DNA from: Promethearchaeia archaeon
GTDB lineage: Archaea > Asgardarchaeota > Lokiarchaeia > Sigyniarchaeales > SOKP01
DNA: 64,000 bases
Direction: 5' to 3'
Assembly (NCBI GenBank): GCA_029856145.1
Contig: JAHQWK010000026.1
Span: 27,628-91,627 of the forward strand
Part shown: positions 50,972-59,908 of the stretch, in pieces
Numbering within the stretch: the stretch's first letter is position 1
How the letters are laid out: every line of letters begins with the position of its first letter
Notes under the pieces: generated by a model
Told to the model about the DNA's origin: nothing
The model's database searches: none
The model's input: only the letters and a program-made list of their open reading frames with translations
Program-made: the position numbers and the translations under genes

Positions 50972-51823
50972 TTATTTTTCTAAAATATTTCTAATTTTTT
51001 TAACAGTTTCTTTAAATGCTTTAGTTGATTTACTTTCTGGGTACTTTATAATAAACGGTAATCCTTGGTCCCCTTGTTGACTAACTTCAGTTTCAAAAGG
51101 TATTTTCCCTAATAATGGAATATTAAAATCTATAGTAGCTTTCTCCACTCCACCAGGAGGGTATAAATCTACATATTCTCCACAATGAGGGCAATTAAAG
51201 CCGCTCATATTCTCAATTATTCCAAGGACGTTTCTCTCCATTACTATTGCCATTTTTATTGTTTTCCTTGCATCCATTAAAGCAACTTCTTGAGGAGTAG
51301 ATACGATCACCACATTTTCATCTGGTATTAATTGTAAAATATCCAGAGTTTCATCAGAAGTACCAGGCGGTAAATCACAGATTAAATAATCAAGTTCTCC
51401 CCACTCTGCATCTCCTAAAAATTGTCTCACAGCACTCATCTTCATTGGTCCTCTCCAAATCACTGGCTCGTCTGGTGTAAGAGTTAAAAATGCCATACTC
51501 ATAACCTTTAATTTTAATGGTCCATCAATAGGATAAAATCTTTTAGCTTCAGAATCAACTCTTGGTTTCAATTCTGGGTTAATTCCGAGCATTTTTATAA
51601 CATTCGGTCCTGTAATATCTACGTCTAGAATTCCAACTCTCAATCCTACACTAGCTAAACTCATGGCAAGGTTAATTGCAATAGTGGTTTTTCCTACTCC
51701 ACCCTTCCCCGAAATTACTACGATTTTGTGTTTAATCTTTTCCATATTTTTTTTAATGTTCTTTTCTCTCTCGTCTATCATCATTTCTTTCAAATCAATA
51801 TCTGGAATCTCTTTTTCTGACAT
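50972..51823 (-). CDS. mrp: Mrp/NBP35 (ApbC) Fe-S cluster carrier ATPase
   Basis: SGKGGVGKT, DVDITGP, WRGP, DLPPGTSD, ENMSGFNCPHC. Confidence 0.95.
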   Translation of the reverse strand: MSEKEIPDIDLKEMMIDEREKNIKKNMEKIKHKIVVISGKGGVGKTTIAINLAMSLASVGLRVGILDVDITGPNVIKMLGINPELKPRVDSEAKRFYPIDGPLKLKVMSMAFLTLTPDEPVIWRGPMKMSAVRQFLGDAEWGELDYLICDLPPGTSDETLDILQLIPDENVVIVSTPQEVALMDARKTIKMAIVMERNVLGIIENMSGFNCPHCGEYVDLYPPGGVEKATIDFNIPLLGKIPFETEVSQQGDQGLPFIIKYPESKSTKAFKETVKKIRNILEK

Positions 51824-52064
51824 ATTTTTTAATCACTTCAATTTTTATGATTATATCTTTATCGTTTTAATATTTAATTAATGGAAAAAAGAAGTTGTTT
51901 TAACATTTTCTTTAATAAATTATGAAATTTTCTGAATTTTCGGTTATAATTTTAAGTCTTATTATAAGTCTTTTATAATAAATAAACTAAAGAAATTAAT
52001 AAATCTCAAAATATTATTCTTTACTGGAAAACGTAGAAAAATTAAATCATCAAGGTGTTTTTGA

Positions 52065-52550
52065 ATTCCAGTAAGTAACTTTATGGAACTTTACAAATTT
52101 TTACCCAAGACTAATTGTAAAAAGTGTGGGAAGCCTACTTGTATGGCTTTTGCATTAGATTTGTTACAGGGAAAAGTAAAAGTTGATGATTGTACCCCAC
52201 TTTTAGAGCTTAAATATAAAAAGGATTACGATAACTTAAAGGAGTTATTAGGAGCTGATGAGGGTAAGGAAAAAGAGCTCAGAATAGACGTAGATACTGA
52301 TTTATGTGATGGGTGTGGTATTTGTGTTACAGTATGCCCTGTAAATGCTAGGTATTGTCCTCCAACCTTAAGCGGAAAAGCACCAGATTATCCACCTGAA
52401 AAACATCAATTATTTCAAATTAAAGGTGGAAAATGTGAATTATTAGCTATAAAATATTGTCGAAGAATAGAAGCACAAGGGCGAGAAAGAGAATGTCGTG
52501 TCTGTGAGACATATTGTCCTCGTGATGCTGTTAAGATTGATTATGTATAA
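52065..52550 (+). CDS. Fe-S domain plus ferredoxin (Fwd-associated)
   Basis: LPKTNCKKCGKPTCMAFA...C; CDGCGICVTVCP; CRVCETYCP; AGGTG SD suggests an ATT start at 52065 (ATG at 52083). Confidence 0.85.
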   Translation: MPVSNFMELYKFLPKTNCKKCGKPTCMAFALDLLQGKVKVDDCTPLLELKYKKDYDNLKELLGADEGKEKELRIDVDTDLCDGCGICVTVCPVNARYCPPTLSGKAPDYPPEKHQLFQIKGGKCELLAIKYCRRIEAQGRERECRVCETYCPRDAVKIDYV

Positions 52551-52583
52551 TTTTTAATTTTATTTTAGAATATATTTTTAAAA

Positions 52584-53900
52584 GTGTATAATATAATGAG
52601 TAGTAAACGAGTTACATGTTCAGGTTGCGCGCTATTATGTGATGATATTATTGTTAAAAGTGATGGATTATACATTGATGAAGTTTTAGGAGCATGTTTG
52701 AAAGGGAAAGAGAGATTTGATCAAGTAACAGCCAAAAATCGAATAATTAATCCTCAAATTAAAAAGAACGGAGAATTAGAGAAAGTACCATTTAATGAAG
52801 CATTAAATGAAGCTGTTAATATTATTAAAAATTCCTCTAGACCTCTCTTATATGGATTTTCAACAGTTAGTTGCGAAGCTCAACTAAAAGGGATTGAGCT
52901 TGCAAAAGTGATCAATGGGTTTATAGATTCTAATTCTGTAATCTGTCAAGGAAGGGTTTTGAATAAATCAAAAGAAACTGGAATTACATTGACTACAATC
53001 ACAGAGATTATTAATAAGGCGGACTTGTTAATTCTATGGGGTGCTAATGCAGCAGAATCAATTCCACGTTTATTAAATAAGGCTCTTTTTTCACGGGGAA
53101 AGTTTAGAATGACTGGAAGAGAAATTAAAACATTAATTGTTATCGATCCAGTAAAAACTGCCTCATTTGGAGTAATGGGAGTAAGAGATATTGCACTTCA
53201 AATTGAAACAGGAAAGGATATTGATTTAATTCGTGTTTTAAAAGAGGAATGTTGTAAAGCAGATAGTATTCAAGATAATGGGGTGGCAGGTATAGATAAA
53301 GATGATCTTAAAAGATTATTACTTCATTTAACCGGGGCTGAGAATGGGGTTATTTTTATAGGTCAAGGGCTTTTAAGACCTCAAACTAGAGAAGATGTTA
53401 TTAAGGAATTACTTGAATTGGTACAATTAATAAATGTAAAGCAACAAAAAGGGCGTATTTCTGTTCTAATGTTAGGAGGTCATTATAATATGGCAGGGTT
53501 TGACCATGTTGCTTTGTCAACTTTCGGGAAAAATCACAGCTTACAGTTCTCAAATAATTGCCTAATTGAAACATCTGAAACAATAGTTTCAAAAATAGAA
53601 AAGGAAGATTTTGATTGTTCTATAATTGTAGGAACCGATCCAGTCTCGCATTTTCCTTCTATATTAAGTAAAAAATTAATGAAACAACCATTAATTCTTA
53701 TTGATAATAAACAATCAGCAACGTCTTATGTGGCAGATGTTATCTTCCCATCAGCTATAACTGGGATTGAATGTGGAGGATTAGCCTATCGAATAGACCA
53801 TGTCCCAATCGAGTTAAAAAAAATAATAAATCCTCCAACTAATGTTGATAATGATGAGAAAATTCTAAATAAAATTATTAATGCATTAAGAGGGGTTTGA
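52584..53900 (+). CDS. fwdB: Formylmethanofuran dehydrogenase subunit B-like (divergent)
   Basis: CSGCALLCDD..C, PLLYG, ICQG, WGANAAESIPR, GHYNMAG, GIECGGLAYRID. Confidence 0.85.
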   Translation: MYNIMSSKRVTCSGCALLCDDIIVKSDGLYIDEVLGACLKGKERFDQVTAKNRIINPQIKKNGELEKVPFNEALNEAVNIIKNSSRPLLYGFSTVSCEAQLKGIELAKVINGFIDSNSVICQGRVLNKSKETGITLTTITEIINKADLLILWGANAAESIPRLLNKALFSRGKFRMTGREIKTLIVIDPVKTASFGVMGVRDIALQIETGKDIDLIRVLKEECCKADSIQDNGVAGIDKDDLKRLLLHLTGAENGVIFIGQGLLRPQTREDVIKELLELVQLINVKQQKGRISVLMLGGHYNMAGFDHVALSTFGKNHSLQFSNNCLIETSETIVSKIEKEDFDCSIIVGTDPVSHFPSILSKKLMKQPLILIDNKQSATSYVADVIFPSAITGIECGGLAYRIDHVPIELKKIINPPTNVDNDEKILNKIINALRGV

Positions 53901-53904
53901 AATT

Positions 53905-54276
53905 ATGGATATGATAGTTAATACCATAAGAATGATCGCTTATGATCAAGTTAGGGAGTATTCTTTTGGAGACAATAATTCTTTGAAGGAGAAATTAGGG
54001 ATTGGATTCATAAATCCTGAGGATTTCAAAAAATTAAACCTTAAATCAAGTTTAAATCTTAGATTAACAAATAATTTTGGTAGTGTTGTTATAAAGCCAA
54101 AAGAGGACAAAGATGTTCCAATAGGAACAATTATTATACCAGTATCTATTTGGGCAAATCAAATAACTGGAATCGAAAATGATGAACTTGTTTATAAGAA
54201 TATAAGAGTTTCAATAGAAGTAACGTCAGATTCAGTTTTAGGATTAAAAGATATATTAAATTCAATTAATGAATAA
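53905..54276 (+). CDS. fwdD: Formylmethanofuran dehydrogenase subunit D-like
   Basis: INPEDFKKL...FGSVV...VP.GTIIIP...WAN; molybdopterin dinucleotide-binding fold. Confidence 0.8.
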   Translation: MDMIVNTIRMIAYDQVREYSFGDNNSLKEKLGIGFINPEDFKKLNLKSSLNLRLTNNFGSVVIKPKEDKDVPIGTIIIPVSIWANQITGIENDELVYKNIRVSIEVTSDSVLGLKDILNSINE

Positions 54277-54295
54277 AAAATTAAGAATTTTAGAA

Positions 54296-55966
54296 ATGGA
54301 TAAATTACTTATCAAAAATGGTTTAGTGTTTGATCCTATCAACAAAATTGAAAATGAAAAAAAGGACATATTAATAGAGTCCGGCAAAATCGTAGAAGGG
54401 TTTAGTAATCAAAAGAATGTAAAGGAGATTGATGCAAAAGGAAAAACCGTCATACCAGCAGCTATAGATATACATACTCATGTAGCATCTCAACAAGTTA
54501 ATTGGGCTCGATTATTAGGAACAAATCATAATTTATTTAAGGAAATTTGGAAGGGTTTAACTCTAAAGAATATCGCGAGAAATTATATTTCTAATGGATA
54601 TACTTTTATTCTTGAAGCCAATGTATTCCCATCTTTAGCAAAACAAACTATATTTAACTTTAGACAATTACCAGTAATCGATAAGGCAATGTTATTGAAT
54701 GTTAGTAACTTTTGGCCTTTAGAGTTAGAATTTCAGAGAGGAAAAATTGATGATATGGCAGTATTTTTATCAGATCTTTTATTAAAGACATATGGGTTTG
54801 GATTTAAAGTCTATAATCCTTTTGAAAATGAAGCATGGAACTTTAGAGAATTAAGAGATAATGTTTCTCAAAAGGGAAGGTTATATAATTTTTCAGCTCT
54901 AGATGTGTATGAAAATTTAGTAAAGTGCAATGAAACATTGGGATTACCACATTCAGTTCACGCACATATTGAGGGATATGAAACTGAGATTGGTAAAAAT
55001 AATCTTTTTACTATATTAGAAAAGTTAATCTCATTAGATCTAGAATCCAATCAAAAAACTAATTTAAATATAAAACGAGATCAAATTTTTCATATTGCTC
55101 ATGCTAATGCATATAATCTTGATGGGAATAATAAGGGACTCGTCAATCTTTTGAATGAAAATCAGCGTTTTGATATTGATCTAGCATTTATAGGGTTTAA
55201 TCAGGTAAATCCCTTAATATCATCTGATAGAAGACTCATTAATTCTATGTTAACAGAAGATATTATAGATAATCCACATAAACTGATAAGTTCCGCTGTA
55301 GAATTTGAAGGAGATTCATTTATTTCAATGAGAAATTTCAATAAAGATAATTACCATGATTGTATTTTGTGGGCTAACGCTCTGGATTTAGCTTTAAATG
55401 TTAAGAATAAATTTCAAGTAAGTTTCTCTTTAAATTTTCCTAATTATGCGAATATTACAGATATTCCCGAAATTATTACTTGGTTAATAAGTAAAAATGC
55501 TCGTGAAACTTTTATGAAAGATATGAATAAAGATTTCCTAAAGGATAATTCTCTAATTAATAGTGATAAAATTCTAAGCTTTTCTGATTTTGTATGTTTA
55601 ACAAGAGCAAGTCCCGCAAAGGCTCTCGGATTAGGAAGTATTAAAGGAAATCTTGGTAAAGGGGCTGATGGAGATATAAATATCTTAAACATTAATATTA
55701 ATGAAGTAGATATTTCAAAAGACCATCAAAATTTAAAAAAAGCCTTAACAGACATTGAATATGTTATTAAATCAGGAAACATCGTTAAAAAGAAAGAAAA
55801 TCTTAATTTAGATCTACAGGGGGCAATTTTCTGGTCTGATGGTAAAATCGAAAGTAACCAATTTGTTATTGGAAAGAAGGAAGAATTTTACCAAAAGTAT
55901 TCATCAATGTTTTATAACTCGCTTAAAATATCAATTGATGAGACCTTTTTAAGAAAAATTGAGTAA
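54296..55966 (+). CDS. fwdA: Formylmethanofuran dehydrogenase subunit A-like amidohydrolase (divergent)
   Basis: LLIKNG.VFDP.N, IDIHTH, GFKVYNP, LGLPHSVHAH, TRASPAKALG, GADGDI; MDKLL start preferred over 54269. Confidence 0.85.
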   Translation: MDKLLIKNGLVFDPINKIENEKKDILIESGKIVEGFSNQKNVKEIDAKGKTVIPAAIDIHTHVASQQVNWARLLGTNHNLFKEIWKGLTLKNIARNYISNGYTFILEANVFPSLAKQTIFNFRQLPVIDKAMLLNVSNFWPLELEFQRGKIDDMAVFLSDLLLKTYGFGFKVYNPFENEAWNFRELRDNVSQKGRLYNFSALDVYENLVKCNETLGLPHSVHAHIEGYETEIGKNNLFTILEKLISLDLESNQKTNLNIKRDQIFHIAHANAYNLDGNNKGLVNLLNENQRFDIDLAFIGFNQVNPLISSDRRLINSMLTEDIIDNPHKLISSAVEFEGDSFISMRNFNKDNYHDCILWANALDLALNVKNKFQVSFSLNFPNYANITDIPEIITWLISKNARETFMKDMNKDFLKDNSLINSDKILSFSDFVCLTRASPAKALGLGSIKGNLGKGADGDINILNININEVDISKDHQNLKKALTDIEYVIKSGNIVKKKENLNLDLQGAIFWSDGKIESNQFVIGKKEEFYQKYSSMFYNSLKISIDETFLRKIE

Positions 55967-56071
55967 ATTGACTTTGTTGTCATTTTACAGATATATCAAA
56001 AAGTTTATAATCATCTTTTCTAATATTTTCATACATTCGAAAAAATTGATATTCAGAATTAGTAATCCAAT

Positions 56072-56722
56072 TTGATAATTATGAGTGAACCCTCTAATAA
56101 AAAAAAAAAATGTCCTCAATGTGGTAAAAAAAATATACCCGAGGATAAGTTCTGCACTAATTGTGGATTCGAACTTAAGGAATATAGTCCTGGAGATTTT
56201 GTCATTATGGAACATCTGAAAGGATCTTTATATGGTAGCATAGCTTGTTTGACTATCTTTATAGCATTCATGATATTAGTAACAGTAGCTGTAAGTTCTC
56301 AATATGGTATTCAGGCAATTATCCCTCTGATAATCATATGGCCCATTGTAATAGGATTTATGTTCTGGGCATCAAGGTATTTACGAGGACTTTCTAAAAT
56401 CAGAAAATTCATTATCACAGGTGAATATATTGAAATTATTGTTCCACATAAACCTTATTTTAGAGTGAATTGGTCTGAGTTTGACGCAATCGAAGTCCAA
56501 AAGCGAGATCATCAGACTTGGGCTGTATTGCCAGGAAAAGTCATAATAGGCCCGAGATTTATCTACTTTAAGTTAATCTTTAAAGGTAGTAATTTTACCG
56601 AAAGTTATGAATTTGAATCGGGAAAAGATTTTAAAAGAAGATCACGGAAAGAAATATTGATTGCTCTAGAGGAATTTGCGCAAAAGATGAATAAAGATTA
56701 TAACGGACCAACAAAAAAATAA
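56072..56722 (+). CDS. Zinc-ribbon, 2-TM membrane protein
   Basis: CPQCG...FCTNCG, two TM helices. Confidence 0.8.
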   Translation: MIIMSEPSNKKKKCPQCGKKNIPEDKFCTNCGFELKEYSPGDFVIMEHLKGSLYGSIACLTIFIAFMILVTVAVSSQYGIQAIIPLIIIWPIVIGFMFWASRYLRGLSKIRKFIITGEYIEIIVPHKPYFRVNWSEFDAIEVQKRDHQTWAVLPGKVIIGPRFIYFKLIFKGSNFTESYEFESGKDFKRRSRKEILIALEEFAQKMNKDYNGPTKK

Positions 56723-56758
56723 TTTACTTAAAATTTTCTTTTTTTTTAATCCTTAAAC

Positions 56759-57268
56759 TTAAGTATCTAATTGGGTTCCACAGGAAACACAAAAAGTACT
56801 CTTTTTGTTATTTGCTTCACCGCAATGGACGCAAAATACTTTTGATAAATTCGCAATTTGATGTTCCGAAATTTCTTGGATTTTATCAAGATTAGCTAAG
56901 AAATTATGGTCGATTTCTTTAACCAATTTCATAGGGGTAATGTCCATTTCATAAGCCCATTCTTTCATCATGTCTTTTGGTACTTTTGATGGTATACCCT
57001 TTCCAAAATTTGAATAATTAGCAGAAACGCTAACATATGTAGTGTTATCAGAAGGGTTATAACCAAAAGTCATTTCGTACGTTTCACCCATAGACGTACC
57101 ATAAAGATGTGTTGAAAAACCATGACGTATTCTAAGCTTACGAAATAAATTATTTGTAGATATATACTGATCTTTTATTTTACCCTTATGATTCTCAAAA
57201 AATACTAACGTTCTATTCCAAGCATCTTCTAAGGATAAATTAATTGCGTAATATCCATATCTTTTCAT
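56759..57268 (-). CDS. Protein with C-terminal zinc ribbon
   Basis: FCVHCG...FCVSCG. Confidence 0.8.
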   Translation of the reverse strand: MKRYGYYAINLSLEDAWNRTLVFFENHKGKIKDQYISTNNLFRKLRIRHGFSTHLYGTSMGETYEMTFGYNPSDNTTYVSVSANYSNFGKGIPSKVPKDMMKEWAYEMDITPMKLVKEIDHNFLANLDKIQEISEHQIANLSKVFCVHCGEANNKKSTFCVSCGTQLDT

Positions 57269-57545
57269 AATTTGTAATATTCCAATCTTGTTTTAAATTT
57301 TCTTATTTTTCATAAATTTATTAATATTTAGTAAAAAAAAAGATAAAAATTAAAATATATAGGAGTCCAATTTTTCATTCGTGATCTTAATATTTAAATT
57401 AGACTTTTTCGTGAAAGTACTGGTTCTGCTGGAAGTCGAGACAATTTTCCACTAATGTGGGATAAACATTTATATTTTTAAATAGTTCCAAATCTTATTA
57501 TTATAATAGATCATAAAAATTATCATATTAAAATGGTGTATTCTA

Positions 57546-58814
57546 ATAACAATATCAAATGAAGTTGTACAGAACGAGAAAATACGGACTATTGTTAATT
57601 CGGCTTATGAAGATAAAGAATTCATAAGCCTAATGAAAGGCATCACGATGGAATCCATTGAATCTAATTCTTTTTATAAAGAATTTGCTATTAAAGAAAA
57701 ATTTAATATGGATGATGTGAATCAAATGGATGATTTAGCGCTAATACCGTTTATAACTGCAGCTACTTTCAAGGAGTCAGCGGGGATGTTTAAAAAATTA
57801 TTGAAAATTCCCTTAGAATCCCCTGAGTTCAAGACTTGGAATGTTTCTTCTTGTACAACTGGAGATCCATCTTTAGTAGGGAGATCTTTAGATGATATAG
57901 AGTTTTTAGCCAGCATGACCATAAAATGTATTTATGAGTTCATCCCAATACCGATGGAGGAGCATAATCAATACGAGACTATTTCGATGAATTTTGCCCC
58001 CAATGTTACGTTTTTAAATCGGATTGCGTTGAGATACACTGATTTGAGACCCGTGAAATTATATACTAGCACTTTAAACGAAATTACTACTAAAATAACA
58101 AAACCAAAGTATTTGATTAAATTCTTTATCTTCAAAGCATTTAAAGAGATAATCAAGAGACGTAGTTTAGTGGGTGCTTTTGGAATTAATGCTAAACATG
58201 TAATAAAGACAATCAACAAGAATTCAAGTAAACCCGCTGATAAACAAAAAAATATTTCAATTGGGGGAAGTCTCCAATTATTAAACACGTTCATGAATAA
58301 GTACTTGAAAGAAGCAGATATAAAATTTGATTTACCCAATAGTTATATAACTACAGGTGGCGGGGGATGGAGTGGACATAAATCTCAACTAAAGTATCCT
58401 CCCATAGAAAAAACACAATTTGTTTCAGATTGCATCGAATTTTTTGGAACTAAATTTGAAAATATTACCGATATGTACGGTTTTACAGAAACACCAATAG
58501 TTTTTGGCAGTCATTGGTCAGACAAGTATAAGGAATTTATATTTCACTGTCCACCTCAAGCTAGAATTATAATTAGAGATATGAATACTTTAGATCCTCT
58601 AAGAAATGTGGGTGATAAAGGTTTTTTGGAAGTTCTTACCCCGTTTGGAGTAGCTGCCTCCGTAAATCATGCTGTTTTAGTCGATGATCTAGTAGAATTA
58701 GTATCAAAAAATAAGTGTCATGAATGTGATTATGAAGGTGATACTTTTATAGTTAAAGGCAGAATTGAAGACAAAGAAGGACTCGGATGTTCATCACTCG
58801 TTGAATGGATATAA
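57546..58814 (+). CDS. LuxE/PaaK-like acyl-protein synthetase (adenylate-forming)
   Basis: IPFI....FK, SSCTTGDPS, TGGGGW, DMYGFTE, GRI....GLGCS; frame extends to ATA 57546 behind GGTG (track start 57633). Confidence 0.75.
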   Translation: MTISNEVVQNEKIRTIVNSAYEDKEFISLMKGITMESIESNSFYKEFAIKEKFNMDDVNQMDDLALIPFITAATFKESAGMFKKLLKIPLESPEFKTWNVSSCTTGDPSLVGRSLDDIEFLASMTIKCIYEFIPIPMEEHNQYETISMNFAPNVTFLNRIALRYTDLRPVKLYTSTLNEITTKITKPKYLIKFFIFKAFKEIIKRRSLVGAFGINAKHVIKTINKNSSKPADKQKNISIGGSLQLLNTFMNKYLKEADIKFDLPNSYITTGGGGWSGHKSQLKYPPIEKTQFVSDCIEFFGTKFENITDMYGFTETPIVFGSHWSDKYKEFIFHCPPQARIIIRDMNTLDPLRNVGDKGFLEVLTPFGVAASVNHAVLVDDLVELVSKNKCHECDYEGDTFIVKGRIEDKEGLGCSSLVEWI

Positions 58815-58820
58815 ATCCTA

Positions 58821-58940
58821 GAATTCTCATTGAAATCAGACTCTGAATTTACCTTTCCAAAATGATAAACTTTACTAGATTAAAAATTAAAATTGCTATA
58901 AAAATAAGAAAAAGAAAATAAAAAACTTGCTCTAGAACAT
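58821..58940. repeat. Dispersed repeat copy 1 (120 bp, includes the 38-bp core)
   Basis: Matches 61692-61811 with 3 substitutions. Confidence 0.95.
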
Positions 58941-59196
58941 ACTCCTTTTCATCTCGTCTCATCTCAATCCGCTTTTCTCCAAACACCCTTCAACCGTACC
59001 CCCGTCTTATACGCTTATTAAATTTCCAATAAAAAACGGAACTATCGTGGAAGTATCGGAAGCTCAATTATAAATAAAACTATTGTTCAAAATTTAATTA
59101 ACAATTATTAAAATGCAATTTAATTTAAATCTTTAATAAAGAGGAAATGAAAATGGGAAAAAAAAATCGAAAGAAATTCAAAAAAAAGCAGAAACA

Positions 59197-59655
59197 TTGG
59201 GTCTTAAAAACTTACAGAAATATACTTTTTTTGGTCAACGTAAAAAAGGGGCAGCTATTTTGAAAACAGAAACAAAAAAGCATACTTTTAGACATAATAT
59301 GCCCAAATTTTTAATTAAGATTATAAAATGGTTAGAGAGTATCGATCCCTCAACTCAAGAAACTGACGCTGGAGGTGGCAGGAATGTTACTTTTTACTTA
59401 CTTTCACCGCAAAAAGGCGTATATATTGAAGTAGATGACAGAATTGCTGGTGCGCTTGATATTCCACGTAATCATGTATATAAAATGGATATTTATGGGC
59501 AAAATGAGGATTCTATTAGACAAATTGTTAAAATGGTCAATGATCAATGGAAAGAGGGAATTTTAGCTCACCTTGATTTGAAAAAAATTGAGAAAAAGTT
59601 TAAAATCAGCTCAGAAGAGGTAATTAGTTCTTGGAATCAATTTCTAATCACTTAA
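59197..59655 (+). CDS. Hypothetical protein; 5' end possibly frameshifted at an A9 run
   Basis: 152-aa ORF; upstream GAGG and ATG 59153 join this frame only via a shift in A9 (59158-59166). Confidence 0.6.
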   Translation: MGLKNLQKYTFFGQRKKGAAILKTETKKHTFRHNMPKFLIKIIKWLESIDPSTQETDAGGGRNVTFYLLSPQKGVYIEVDDRIAGALDIPRNHVYKMDIYGQNEDSIRQIVKMVNDQWKEGILAHLDLKKIEKKFKISSEEVISSWNQFLIT

Positions 59656-59691
59656 TTTTGAAGTAAAAAAATTAAAAAATAATAATTAAAT

Positions 59692-59898
59692 ATGGTGAAA
59701 AGATTGAAAACAGGTTATTATTTTGTTATATGGGCAATATTGACTTTTCTCTTAGCCTTAGTTATTAATTTGGCGTTTTGGGGAGTATTAATAGGGGGTA
59801 ATGCTGAATACTGGGGATTTCTATTTACCCAAGGTTTATGGACGTTTCTTGTCGGCGGAATTGGCGCTTGTATAATCATAGTCTATTTTAATTTTTGA
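59692..59898 (+). CDS. Small 2-TM membrane protein
   Basis: 68 aa, two TM helices. Confidence 0.6.
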   Translation: MVKRLKTGYYFVIWAILTFLLALVINLAFWGVLIGGNAEYWGFLFTQGLWTFLVGGIGACIIIVYFNF

Positions 59899-59908
59899 GG
59901 GAAATATA

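Noticed and set aside
57400-57470. Small hairpins (GACTTT/GAAGTC, TTCCAC/GTGGGA) upstream of the LuxE-like gene, and similar patches at ~16200, ~33960 and ~50870
   Set aside because: Stems are too short to distinguish from chance without covariation data
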